Origin: Macrostomum hystrix
Taxonomy: Eukaryota; Animalia; Platyhelminthes
Length of the DNA stretch: 64,000 nt
Direction of reading: 5' to 3'
Assembly: GCA_950097015.1 (NCBI GenBank)
Contig: CATNEN010000007.1
Span: 12,524,001 to 12,588,000, forward strand
Within the stretch, counting starts at the first letter, position 1. The number at the start of each line of letters is the position of its first letter. Under the pieces are notes generated by a model. It did no database searches. It saw only the letters and a program-made list of their open reading frames with translations, and was not told the DNA's origin. Below, in pieces: positions 39,301-51,000 of the stretch. The position numbers and the translations under genes are program-made.

Positions 39301-42300
39301 TCACAGCATCCATCCATTGTTAGCCACTCACAGCATCCATCCATTGTTAGCCACTCACAGCATCCATCCATTGTTATCCACTCACAGCATCCATCCATTG
39401 TTAGCCACTCACAGAATCCATCCATTGTTATCCACTCACAGCATCCATTCATTGTTAGCCAACTCACAGCATCCATCCTTTGTTAGCCACTCACAGCATC
39501 CATCCATTGTTATCCAACTCACAGCATCCATTCATTGTTATCCAACTCAAAGCATCCATCCATTGTTAGCCAACTCACAGCATCCATCCATTGTTAGCCA
39601 ACTCACAGCATCCATCCATTGTTATCCAACTCAAAGCATCCATCCATTGTTATCCAACTCACAGCATCCATCCATTGTTATCCAACTCACAGCATCCATC
39701 CATTGTTATCCAACTCACAGCATCCATCCATTGTTAGCCAACTCACAGCATCCATCCATTGTTAGCCACTCACAGCATCCATTGTTATCCAACTCACAGC
39801 ATCCATTGTTATCCAACTCACAGCATCCATTCATTGTTATCCAACTCACAGCATCCATCCATTGTTAGCCACTCACAGCATCCATCCATTGTTATCCAAC
39901 TCAAAGCATCCATTCATTGCTAGCCACTCACAGCATCCATTCATTGTTATCCAACTCAAAGCATCCATCCATTGTTAGCCAACTCACAGCATCCATCCAT
40001 TGTTATCCAACTCACAGCATCCATTCATTGTTATCCAACTCAAAGCATCCATCCATTGTTATCCAACTCAAAGCATCCATCCATTGTTATCCAACTCACA
40101 GCATCCATCCATTGTTAGCCAACTCACAGCATCTATCCATTGTTAGCCAACTCACAGCATCCATCCATTGTTAGCCAACTCACAGCATCCATCCATTGTT
40201 ATCCAACTCACAGCATCCATCCATTGTTAGCCAACTCACAGCATCCATCCATTGTTAGCCACTCACAGCATCCATTGTTATCCAACTCACAGCATCCATT
40301 CATTGTTATCCAACTCACAGCATCCATCCATTGTTAGCCACTCACAGCATCCATCCATTGTTATCCAACTCAAAGCATCCATTCATTGCTAGCCACTCAC
40401 AGCATCCATTCATTGTTATCCAACTCAAAGCATCCATCCATTGTTAGCCACTCACAGCATCCATTGTTATCCAACTCACAGCATCCATTGTTATCCAACT
40501 CACAGCATCCATTCATTGTTATCCAACTCACAGCATCCATCCATTGTTAGCCACTCACAGCATCCATTCATTGTTATCCAACTCAAAGCATCCATCCATT
40601 GTTAGCCAACTCACAGCATCCATCCATTGTTAGCCAACTCACAGCATCCATCCATTGTTAGCCAACTCACAGCATCCATCCATTGTTAGCCAACTCACAG
40701 CATCCATCCATTGTTAGCCAACTCACAGCATCCATCCATTGTTAGCCACTCACAGCATCCATTGTTATCCAACTCACAGCATCCATTCATTGTTATCCAA
40801 CTCACAGCATCCATTCATTGTTATCCAACTCACAGCATCCATCCATTGTTAGCCACTCACAGCATCCATCCATTGTTATCCAACTCAAAGCATCCATTCA
40901 TTGCTAGCCACTCACAGCATCCATTCATTGTTATCCAACTCAAAGCATCCATCCATTGTTAGCCACTCACAGCATCCATTGTTGTCCAACTCACAGCATC
41001 CATTGTTATCCAACTCACAGCATCCATCCATTGTTAGCCAACTCACAGCATCCATCCATTGTTAGCCACTCACAGCATCCATTGTTATCCAACTCACAGC
41101 ATCCATTGTTATCCAACTCACAGCATCCATTCATTGTTATCCAACTCACAGCATCCATCCATTGTTAGCCACTCACAGCATCCATCCATTGTTATCCAAC
41201 TCAAAGCATCCATTCATTGCTAGCCACTCACAGCATCCATTCATTGTTATCCAACTCAAAGCATCCATCCATTGTTAGCCAACTCACAGCATCCATCCAT
41301 TGTTATCCAACTCACAGCATCCATCCATTGTTATCCAACTCACAGCATCCATCCATTGTTATCCAACTCACAGCATCCATCCATTGTTATCCAACTCACA
41401 GCATCCATCCATTGTTAGCCAACTCACGGCATCCATCCATTGTTAGCCACTCACAGCATCCATTGTTATCCAACTCACAGCATCCATTGTTATCCAACTC
41501 ACAGCATCCATTCATTGTTATCCAACTCACAGCATCCATCCATTGTTAGCCACTCACAGCATCCATCCATTGTTAGCCACTCACAGCATCCATCCATTGT
41601 TATCCACTCACAGCATCCATCCATTGTTAGCCACTCACAGAATCCATCCATTGTTATCCACTCACAGCATCCATTCATTGTTAGCCAACTCACAGCATCC
41701 ATCCTTTGTTAGCCACTCACAGCATCCATCCATTGTTATCCAACTCACAGCATCCATTCATTGTTATCCAACTCAAAGCATCCATCCATTGTTAGCCAAC
41801 TCACAGCATCCATCCATTGTTAGCCAACTCACAGCATCCATCCATTGTTATCCAACTCAAAGCATCCATCCATTGTTATCCAACTCACAGCATCCATCCA
41901 TTGTTATCCAACTCACAGCATCCATCCATTGTTATCCAACTCACAGCATCCATCCATTGTTATCCAACTCACAGCATCCATCCATTGTTAGCCAACTCAC
42001 AGCATCCATCCATTGTTATCCAACTCACAGCATCCATCCATTGTTATCCAACTCACAGCATCCATCCATTGTTAGCCAACTCACAGCATCCATCCATTGT
42101 TAGCCAACTCACAGCATCCATCCATTGTTAGCCAACTCACAGCATCCATCCATTGTTATCCAACTCACAGCATCCATCCATTGTTATCCAACTCACAGCA
42201 TCCATCCATTGTTATCCAACTCACAGCATCCATCGACTGTTATCCAACTCACAGCATCCATCGACTGTTATCCAACTCACAGCATCCATCGATTGTTATC

Positions 42301-42625
42301 CAACTCACAGCGTCCATCCATTGTTATCCAACTCACAGCATCCATCGACTGTTATCCAACTCACAGCATCCATCGATTGTTATCCAACTCACAGCATCCA
42401 TCCATTGTTAGCCAACTCACAGCATCCATCCATTGTTAGCCAACTCACAGCATCCATCCATTGTTAGCCAACTCACAGCATCCATCCATTGTTATCCAAC
42501 TCACAGCATGCATCCATTGTTAGCCAACTCACAGCATCCATCCATTGTTATCCAACTCACAGCATCCATCGACTGTTATCCAACTCACAGCATCCATCGA
42601 TTGTTATCAAACTCAAAGCTCTCAT
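6358..42625. repeat. ~36-kb satellite, consensus TTGTTATCCAACTCACAGCATCCATCCA (28 bp; 27/24/23-bp variants), roughly 1300 units with higher-order structure
   Basis: Continuous head-to-tail array. Recurrent variants are TAT/TAG, CAAC/CAC, CAC/CAA, ATCC/ATTC and a 4-bp ATCC deletion. Rare SNVs recur at fixed offsets. Confidence 0.99.
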
Positions 42626-42650
42626 AAATGATTATCCAACTCGTACTGCT

Positions 42651-42912
42651 CAGAATATCCACAGCTCATATCCCAGAATACCCACAGCTTAAATCCATGG
42701 ATACCCACAGCTCATATCCCAGAATATCCACAGCTCATATCCCAGAATACCCACAGCTCATATCCCAGAACATCCACAGCTCATATCCCAGAATATCCAG
42801 AGCTCATATCCCAGAATATCCAGAGCTCATATCCCAGAATACCCACAGCTCATATCCCAGAATACCCACAGCTCATATCGCAGAATACCCACAGCTCATA
42901 TCGCAGAATATC
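42651..42912. repeat. 23-bp minisatellite CAGAATA(T/C)CCACAGCTCATATCC (~11 copies)
   Basis: Period 23 (e.g. AGAAT at 42721 and 42744). Confidence 0.92.
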
Positions 42913-43325
42913 CTGCTCGCCATTTCCGAGTCCCAAGACCAGTCTTTAGCAAGTAGATTGTTTGATGCACTGAGAGATGTGAGCAGCTGCTCAAACACTG
43001 CTTGTGTCAGAATAATTGGCAGTAAATGAAGGCCAGAGCTGGCGGCGCACCTTGACTCACAGCCGCAACAGAATGAGCAGCCGGCCAGAGGAGCGAGAGG
43101 ACTTCAAGAGAAAATCATTTTCAGTAAGCGACAAAATGCCATGCGATTCTGGTGAGACAGACCCCGCCGATTTAGCGCACCCGTCACCCTCAGCCTTCCA
43201 GCGTACACTATCATGTACATCAAATGAATGTGCATAATTTCCTGCACTAGCTCCGATGTACAGTGGCTAGCGCCCATCTCACTGATCGATCAGCGCCAGC
43301 TGTGGGGTGGCGGGTAGCCGCTGTG

Positions 43326-43333
43326 TATTTAAA
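43326..43333 (+). promoter_or_regulatory. Possible TATA-like box (TATTTAAA) upstream of the CCCH gene
   Basis: Isolated AT motif in GC-rich DNA about 55 nt before the ATG at 43383. Confidence 0.3.
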
Positions 43334-43382
43334 GGCGAGTCCTCCACTGCCTTCCTTAGCCAAGTCCAAACCAGTCGCAGCA

Positions 43383-43781
43383 ATGGAACAGGCGCTAGCA
43401 AACTTGACCAATCGGATGCGGCCTAGTGCTCCTCCTGACAGCCAATCAGATGACGCCAGCCCGAATGCCAGCATGCACAGCGAGCTGAGCGAGGAGGTCT
43501 CCGTGTTGGTCAGCGTCAAGCGACGGCCGCTGGCGGACCGCAACAACAACAGCAGCGGCGACAGCAGCGGCCACTTTGAATCCACGTGCTGCGGGGAGTT
43601 GCAGAGGCCGCTGCCGCTTCTGACGCTGGTTGCTCAGCAGCAGCAGCAGCAGCAGCAGCAGCTAAAGCAACGGCAGCAGCAGCAAATAAGAAAGCAGCAG
43701 AAGCAGCTGCCTCTCGCTGAGTGCAAAGCCGATGACAAGTGTCGCGACTTCGTGAGCCTATGCAGCAAGGCTGATCGCTGC

Positions 43782-43815
<34 letters not shown>

Positions 43816-44207
43816 CGTCAGTCACGTCCGGCAGCAGCGTCTGCTGCTTCGTGGCACCAGACGGTGAGGCTTACAGTCTGACGGAGTGGCTTCGCCGCGT
43901 GAAGGCGCTGAAGAACGAGTTCGGGGGCCTGGAGCGCCAGCCGCCGCGGCTGCCCACGGAGGCGCCGAGCGTGGTGGCCGTGGAGGCCGGCCTGAAGCGC
44001 CACGCCGCGGAGCTGGCTTACCCCGTGCAGAGCCCGGGTGGCGGGGTGCGCAATCACTACTGCCGCTACCAGGTGGCGGGCATCTGCCGCCTGTGGCGCC
44101 GCGACTGCCCGTTCAGCCACCAGCAGCAGCTGACCACCTGCAAGTTTTGGCACGCCGGCTTCTGCATGAAGGGCACCGATTGCCCCTTCCTGCACGGCTA
44201 CGTCTGA
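43383..44207 (+). CDS. PolyQ-containing protein with two C-terminal CCCH zinc fingers (putative RNA-binding)
   Basis: C-x7-C-x6-C-x3-H (CRYQVAGICRLWRRDCPFSH) and C-x7-C-x5-C-x3-H (CKFWHAGFCMKGTDCPFLH). CAG tracts, GC3-rich codons, first in-frame ATG at 43383 and AATAAA at 44567. An upstream exon cannot be excluded. Confidence 0.82.
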
Positions 44208-44566
44208 CAAGCTCCGAGCTGCGATGCTGACCTTTTTTGACTACTTTATAATCAGCTCTCCTTTGCCCTCTGTTTTTGCCTTAGTATGCCTTTCGCATAT
44301 GCAATTTATCCAGCCAGTGAATATTAGTCACGACGGAGCTTGCACTCCGAGCCTGTTTTCTTATACTTGAGTGTTCGCTTTTGCTTTCTTGGACTTTCAA
44401 CTTCATCAAAGTTGCATTGAAAGTACTTTTGGCAGTCTTTAGACTGTACTTTTGCTCCCAGTTTCTCCTTCCTCCCGCTTTTGTGACACTGCCAGCCAAT
44501 CAGCTGCCAGCTTTCTCTTCTTTATTCTTTCGCCTTCGCTCTGAGCTCCGGCCCTCTAATACGCGG

Positions 44567-44572
44567 AATAAA
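44567..44572 (+). terminator. Candidate polyadenylation signal of the CCCH gene
   Basis: AATAAA ~360 nt after the stop, following a U-rich 3' UTR-like stretch. Confidence 0.45.
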
Positions 44573-45039
44573 AAACACTGAAGCCTCGCCTTCGCCATCG
44601 CCCAAGTTACTTCGACATTCGCAAATGCCGCCGTGGTGTCTTCGGCTTTGGTATTTTACTTGAGTTTCTACTTGCAGTAGGAGATTCGTACATAGGAAGC
44701 TAAAAAACTAAAAAGCTGAAACAAAATCAGCAAGTATTTTGGAAAGCCAAAGAGCAGATTCGATAAATTTATTTTCGAACGAAAGCTTTGTTCCGGGATT
44801 CGAATTGAGTCACGTGACTTTTAATTTACTGCCTCCCTGCAGGCAGCTGTACTCCAATGGGAATATATCCACATAAATATCGTCTTTAATCGTACGCAGA
44901 AATATTGTTATTGTTAAATTATTAGTACAAGTTGTTGCAGTAGCTAAACGGTGCTGCTGAAAACGTGTCACACCTATCGGTAACAATTAAAGTGGCCACG
45001 CGTGACCCAATGATTTGGCTTGTGCTCATGCTCATGCAG

Positions 45040-48000
45040 TCAGAGCAGGCTGCAGCAGCGGCAGCCAGCCCGTGGGAACTGCTCAATAAAGAGCCGGTTC
45101 TCGAAGCCGTACACGAAGAACACGCCAGAGCCGCCGGCGTGCTGGAAGTTGCACTCGGTGACCGGCACTCCGCGCAGCCGGTGCCGCTGCCGGATGAGCC
45201 GTTGGCCCCTGACGGCCTTCTCCTGCTCCGCCACCAGCTTGGCCGAGGCTTCGTTCACCGGCGCGTAGGGGAAGTTTAGGATTGGCGACACCTGGCCGCG
45301 GGTAGGTCCAGTTTTTTTAAAGAGCTCGCGAGATAATCATCAGCGACTCCGTTTGTCCTTATACAGGAATTAATCAAGTCTCAGTGCCTTGTGCATGGTG
45401 TGAGGCCTAACACACGCATCATATTATATTTCAGCTTTTTTCAAAATAAGTGACTGAATGAGACTTAGTGACTAACTGAGTGACTGACTGAGTGACTGAC
45501 TGAGTGACTGACTGACTGACTGACTGACTGACTGACTGACTGACTAAATGAGTAACTGACTGAGTGACTGACTGAGTGACTGACTGAGTAACTGACTGAG
45601 TTACTGACTGAGTGACTGACTGAGTGACTGACTGAGTGACTGACTGACTGACTGACTGACTGACTGACTGAGTGACTGACTGAGTGACTAACTGAGTGAC
45701 TGACTGAGTGACTAACTGAGTGACTGACTGAGTGACTGATTGAGTGACTGACTGAGTGACAGTGGGACTGATTGAGTGAGTGACTGAGTGACAGTGGGAC
45801 TGATTGAGTGAGTGACTGAGTGACAGTGGGACTGATTGAGTGAGTGACTGAGTGACTGAGTGACTGAGTGACAGTGGCACTGATTGAGTGAGTGACTGAG
45901 TGACAGTGTGACTGATTGAGTGAGTGAGTGAGTGACTGACTGAGTGACTGACTGACTGAGTGACTGACTGAGTGACTAACTGAGTGACTGACTGAGTGAC
46001 TGAATGAGTGACTGACCGATTGACTGACTGACTGACTGACTGACTGAGTGACTGAGTGACTAACTGAGTGACTGAATGAGTGACTGACCGATTGACTGAC
46101 TGACTGACTGACTGACTGAGTGACTGAGTGACTGAGTGACTGAGTGACTGAGTGACTGAGTGACTGAGTGACTGAGTGACAGTGGGACTGATTGAGTGAG
46201 TGACTGAGTGACAGTGGGACTGATTGAGTGAGTGACTGAGTGACTGAGTGACAGTGGGACTGATTGAGTGAGTGACAGAGTGACAGTGTGACTGATTGAG
46301 TGAGTGACTGAGTGACTGAGTGACTAAGTGACTGAGTGACAGTGTGACTGATTGAGTGAGTGACTGAGTGACTGAGTGACTAAGTGACTGAGTGACAGTG
46401 GGACTGATTGAGTGAGTGACTGAGTGACAGTGGGACTGATTGAGTGAGTGACTGAGTGACAGTGGGACTGATTGAGTGAGTGACTGAGTGACAGTGGGAC
46501 TGATTGAGTGAGTGACTGAGTGACAGTGTGACTGATTGAGTGAGTGACTGAGTGACTAAGTGACTGAGTGACAGTGGGACTGATTGAGTGAGTGACTGAG
46601 TGACTGAGTGACAGTGGGACTGATTGAGTGAGTGACTAAGTGACTGAGTGACAGTGGGACTGATTGAGTGTGTGACTGAGTGACAGTGGGACTGATTGAG
46701 TGAGTGACTGAGTGACTGAGTGACTGAGTGACTGAGTTACTGAGTGACAGTGGGACTGATTGAGTGAGTGACTGAGTGACTGAGTGACTGAGTGACAGTG
46801 GGACTGATTGAGTGAGTGACTGAGTGACTGAGTGACTAAGTGACTGAGTGACAGTGTGACTGATTGAGTGAGTGACTGAGTGACTGAGTGACTAAGTGAC
46901 TGAGTGACAGTGGGACTGATTGAGTGAGTGACTGAGTGACTGAGTGACTGAGTGACAGTGGGACTGAGTGACTGAGTGACTGAGTGACAGTGGGACTGAT
47001 TGAGTGAGTGACTGAGTGAGGCTCACCGAGTCGTCCTCCTCGGCGAAGATGATCTGGCCGGACACGTCCCTGACCAGCTCGTCGGGCATGTCAGTTTTCT
47101 CCTCAATGAAGTCAGTTTTGCGTCCGCGCCACTCGCATTTCACCTTGATGGAGAAGAGCAGCTGCTGCTGGCCGCGGCAGGTTGGGCATTCGATTTCGCC
47201 TGAGCCGCGGCAGCTCGGACACCTGAGAGGCGCGAATGTCAGGTGAGCCTTGACCCGCTCTGCACTGCATGGACTTTCACGTTCTTGGAAAATGCACTGC
47301 CCGCTCTGCCAAAGTACAAAGAGATTTTCATTAAAAAAAGTCATTCATTAATTGATCGACTGTTCCGCCCACTTCCGTTGTCAGGGCAGCAGAAAGCAGG
47401 TTTCGCTAGGCTCAGCCTCCCCAAGCAGGGATCCTGAATTCTAAGCTGACTCCCCAACCTCCTTGCGATTTCCTGCCGCCTGCCAAAGATTCACTTAATT
47501 GCAGCGAGCCGGCGTCGTCGGCGTTCCCATAGCAACGTGCCTTATTTGCTATCCGCTCGCGAGCAGGCGAGCAGACAAATCCTAGTAAGTCCTTCATGTT
47601 GCACTTTTATTTATTAAGGGCTGGAACTCAAAATGCAGTCTGGGAAAATTGCTCCACGGCTGACCTTAGCTAATTCCTGGGTTGGCACGGCTGCTGCTGC
47701 TGCTGCTGCTGCTGCTGCAACATGAGCCTCTAATCACAATTTCCCTCTAGTAACACTCGGAGCAAGCAATATAATCACTTATATTTGTCACTCCAATTTT
47801 CATGCATGTGTCACTCCAATCGTCACTCAGGTGTCACTCCAATCGTCACTCAGGTGTCACTCCAATCGTCACTCAGGTGTCACTCCAATCGTCACTCAGG
47901 TGTCACTCCAATCGTCACTCAGGTGTCACTCCAATCGTCACTCAGGTGTCACTCCAATCGTCACTCAGGTGTCACTCCAATCGTCACTCAGGTGTCACTC

Positions 48001-51000
48001 CAATCGTCACTCAGGTGTCACTCCAATCGTCACTCAGGTGTCACTCCAATCGTCACTCAGGTGTCACTCCAATCGTCACTCAGGTGTCACTCCAATCGTC
48101 ACTCAGGTGTCACTCCAATCGTCAGTCATCATGGCTCACCTTTTCCTGCCCTGGCCGTCGCAGACAGAGCAGGCCACGCGCCGGGCCACAGCGCCGTACA
48201 CAGCAGTCTTGTGGCCCTGACCGTTGCATTCGCCGCACTTTACTTGGCGCCGGCCCTTGCAGCGATGGCAGGTGACTCGCCCGCGCTGCTGGCAGTGATG
48301 ACATGGCTGGCGGAGATTTTTTATGGCAAGTACTATAGTTGCTAGGGCTTTTTCGGCATGCATTATGGATCACTGACTGCCTAACATATGATTGAGTGGG
48401 CACCGAACACTACTTAGATTTTATCTATGAGCATTGTGAGTTGCTCAGACAGATCTTGAGTATGAGTGTGGCCTGATGTGAGGTGCACATGCAATCAAGA
48501 GCCCATTGAAACCCGCGTGTACATCACAGAGAGCGCCACCTTGAGTGTGCTGGTGTGCGGCACAATGGCCTCCTGATCCTCGTCCTCGAACATCACCGTC
48601 GGCTTCAGCTCCACGTCCCAGGGACCCGGGGCTCGGCCGCAGTTCTTGCCATCGATCTCCTGGCCAGTGTAGGGCTCGTATGTCCAGCAGGTGTAGCGGG
48701 ACTCCAGGAAGGACTCCAGGTCGTACTGCAGTACGTGGTTTGGGTGAGGGGAACTGGGTGAGACTGAGAGGTACTGGGTGAGACTGAGAGGGACTGGGTG
48801 AGACTGAGAGGGACTGGGTGAGACTGAGAGGGACTGGGTGAGACTGAGAGGGACTGGGTGAGACTGAGAGGGACTGGGTGAGACTGAGAGGTACTGGGTG
48901 AGACTGAGAGGGGCTGGGTGAGACTGAGAGGGACTGGGTGAGACTGAGAAGGACTGGGTGAGACTGAGAAGGACTGGGTGAGACTGGGAGGGACTGGGTG
49001 AGACTGAGAAGGACTGGGTGAGACTGAGAGGGACTGGGTGAGACTGAGAGGGACTGGGTGAGACTGAGAGGGGCTGGGTGAGACTGAGAAGGACTGGGTG
49101 AGACTGAGAAGGACTGGGTGAGACTGAGAAGGGCTGGGTGAGACTGAGAAGGACTGGGTGAGACTGAGAAGGACTGGGTGAGACTGGGAGGGACTGGGTG
49201 AGACTGAGAAGGACTGGGTGAGACTGAGAGGGACTGGGTGAGACTGAGAGGGACTGGGTGAGACTGAGAGGGACTGGGTGAGACTGAGAGGGACTGGGTG
49301 AGACTGAGAGGGACTGGGTGAGACTGAGAGGGACTGGGTGAGACTGAGAGGGACTGGGTGAGACTGAGAGGGACTGGGTGAGACTGAGAGGGACTGGGTG
49401 AGACTGAGAGGGACTGGGTGAGACTGAGAGGGGCTGGGTGAGACTGAGAGGGGCTGGGTGAGACTGAGAGGTACTGGGTGAGACTGAGAGGGGCTGGATG
49501 AGACTGAGAGGTACTGGGTGAGACTGAGAGGGACTGGGTGAGACTGAGAGGGACTGGGTGAGACTGAGAAGGACTGGTTGAGACTGAGAGGTACTGGGTG
49601 AGACTGAGAGGGGCTGGGTGAGACTGAGAGGGACTGGGTGAGACTGAGAAGGACTGGGTGAGACTGAGAAGGACTGGGTGAGACTGGGAGGGACTGGGTG
49701 AGACTGAGAAGGACTGGGTGAGACTGAGAGGGACTGGGTGAGACTGAGAGGGGCTGGGTGAGACTGAGAAGGACTGGGTGAGACTGAGAAGGACTGGGTG
49801 AGACTGAGAAGGGCTGGGTGAGACTGAGAGGTACTGGGTGAGACTGAGAAGGACTGGGTGAGACTGAGAAGGACGGGGTGAGACTGAGAGGGGCAGGGTG
49901 AGACTGAGAGGGGCTGGGTGAGACTGAGAAGGACTGGGTGAGACTGAGAGGGGCTGGGTGAGACTGAGAAGGACTGGGTGAGACTGCGAAGGACTGGGTG
50001 AGACTGAGAGGGGCTGGGTGAGACTGAGAAGGACTGGGTGAGACTGCGAAGGACTGGGTGAGACTGAGAGGGACTGGGTGAGACTGAGAAGGACGGGGTG
50101 AGACTGAGAGGGGCAGGGTGAGACTGATAGGGACCGGGTGAGGCTGAGGATAGTGACTGACGCAGACTCACATGCCAGGCCAGGGTGTTCTCAATCTTGC
50201 TGATCGGCAGGTCCCGGATGAAGTCCCGGCCTCCGCAGCACTGCTCAGCGGCCGCCTGCATGAGGATGTCCCTGGCGATGGCTTCAGTCACTTTCGGCAG
50301 CCTGCGGCCGTGTGGGTTGGCTGAATTTAGATGTGAGTTTCCCGTGAAATCCCAGTCCTTCATCTAAGTTCAATTAGCCGACATTTTTCAGCTCCATTCG
50401 CATTAGCAACGGAAATAAATAGAGCCGCAAGGTCAGGTCGCCCAGCCCACCAAACCCAGCCGGCGACCGTTCCACAGCCTGGCCCCGTGTTTGCCCTTCC
50501 AACTGGGGCAGGTGAGCGCTCAATAATGCATGTCAATAGGGGAAATCCTTCGACAGGGAAAACTCAATTTTGCTGCTCAAACACGCTTCCAGACAGTCGC
50601 CAGGCCTGGCAAACAGAAAAGGCGCTGCAGCCTTTGCCAGCTGCGGAATGCGAAGCGGCACCTGGTGGCTTCCTTTGACCACTTTCAGCTCACTTAAATA
50701 ACAATTAGCAAGGCTGGAAATCAACGGCAAAAGGTGGGGGTGAATTGGTCAATCTTTGATTCTGGTGAATCGGTGAATGATTGATTCTGGTGAATCGGTG
50801 AATGTTTAGTTCTGGTGAATCGGTGAATGATTGATTCTGGTGAATCGGTGAATGATTGATTCTGGTGAATCGGTGAATGATTGATTCTGGTGAATCGGTA
50901 AATGATTGATTCTGGTGAATCGGTGAATGATTGATTCTGGTGAATCTGTGAATGATTGATTCTGGTGAATCGGTGAGTGATTGATTATGGTGAATCTGTG

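Noticed and set aside
6358-42625. CRISPR-like array
   Set aside because: There are no unique spacers and no cas genes; units are head-to-tail in a eukaryotic context.
6350-42692. Well over a hundred ORFs with HSIHPLLSNSQ-type repeats, including the Cys-rich MDGCCEW minus-strand ORFs
   Set aside because: They are translations of a 28/27/24-bp satellite that cycle through frames, mostly from TTG starts, with no coding signature.
48495-50363. 622-aa stand-alone Ser/Pro-rich protein
   Set aside because: Explained as two SSUH2 exons plus a minisatellite intron with canonical splice sites.
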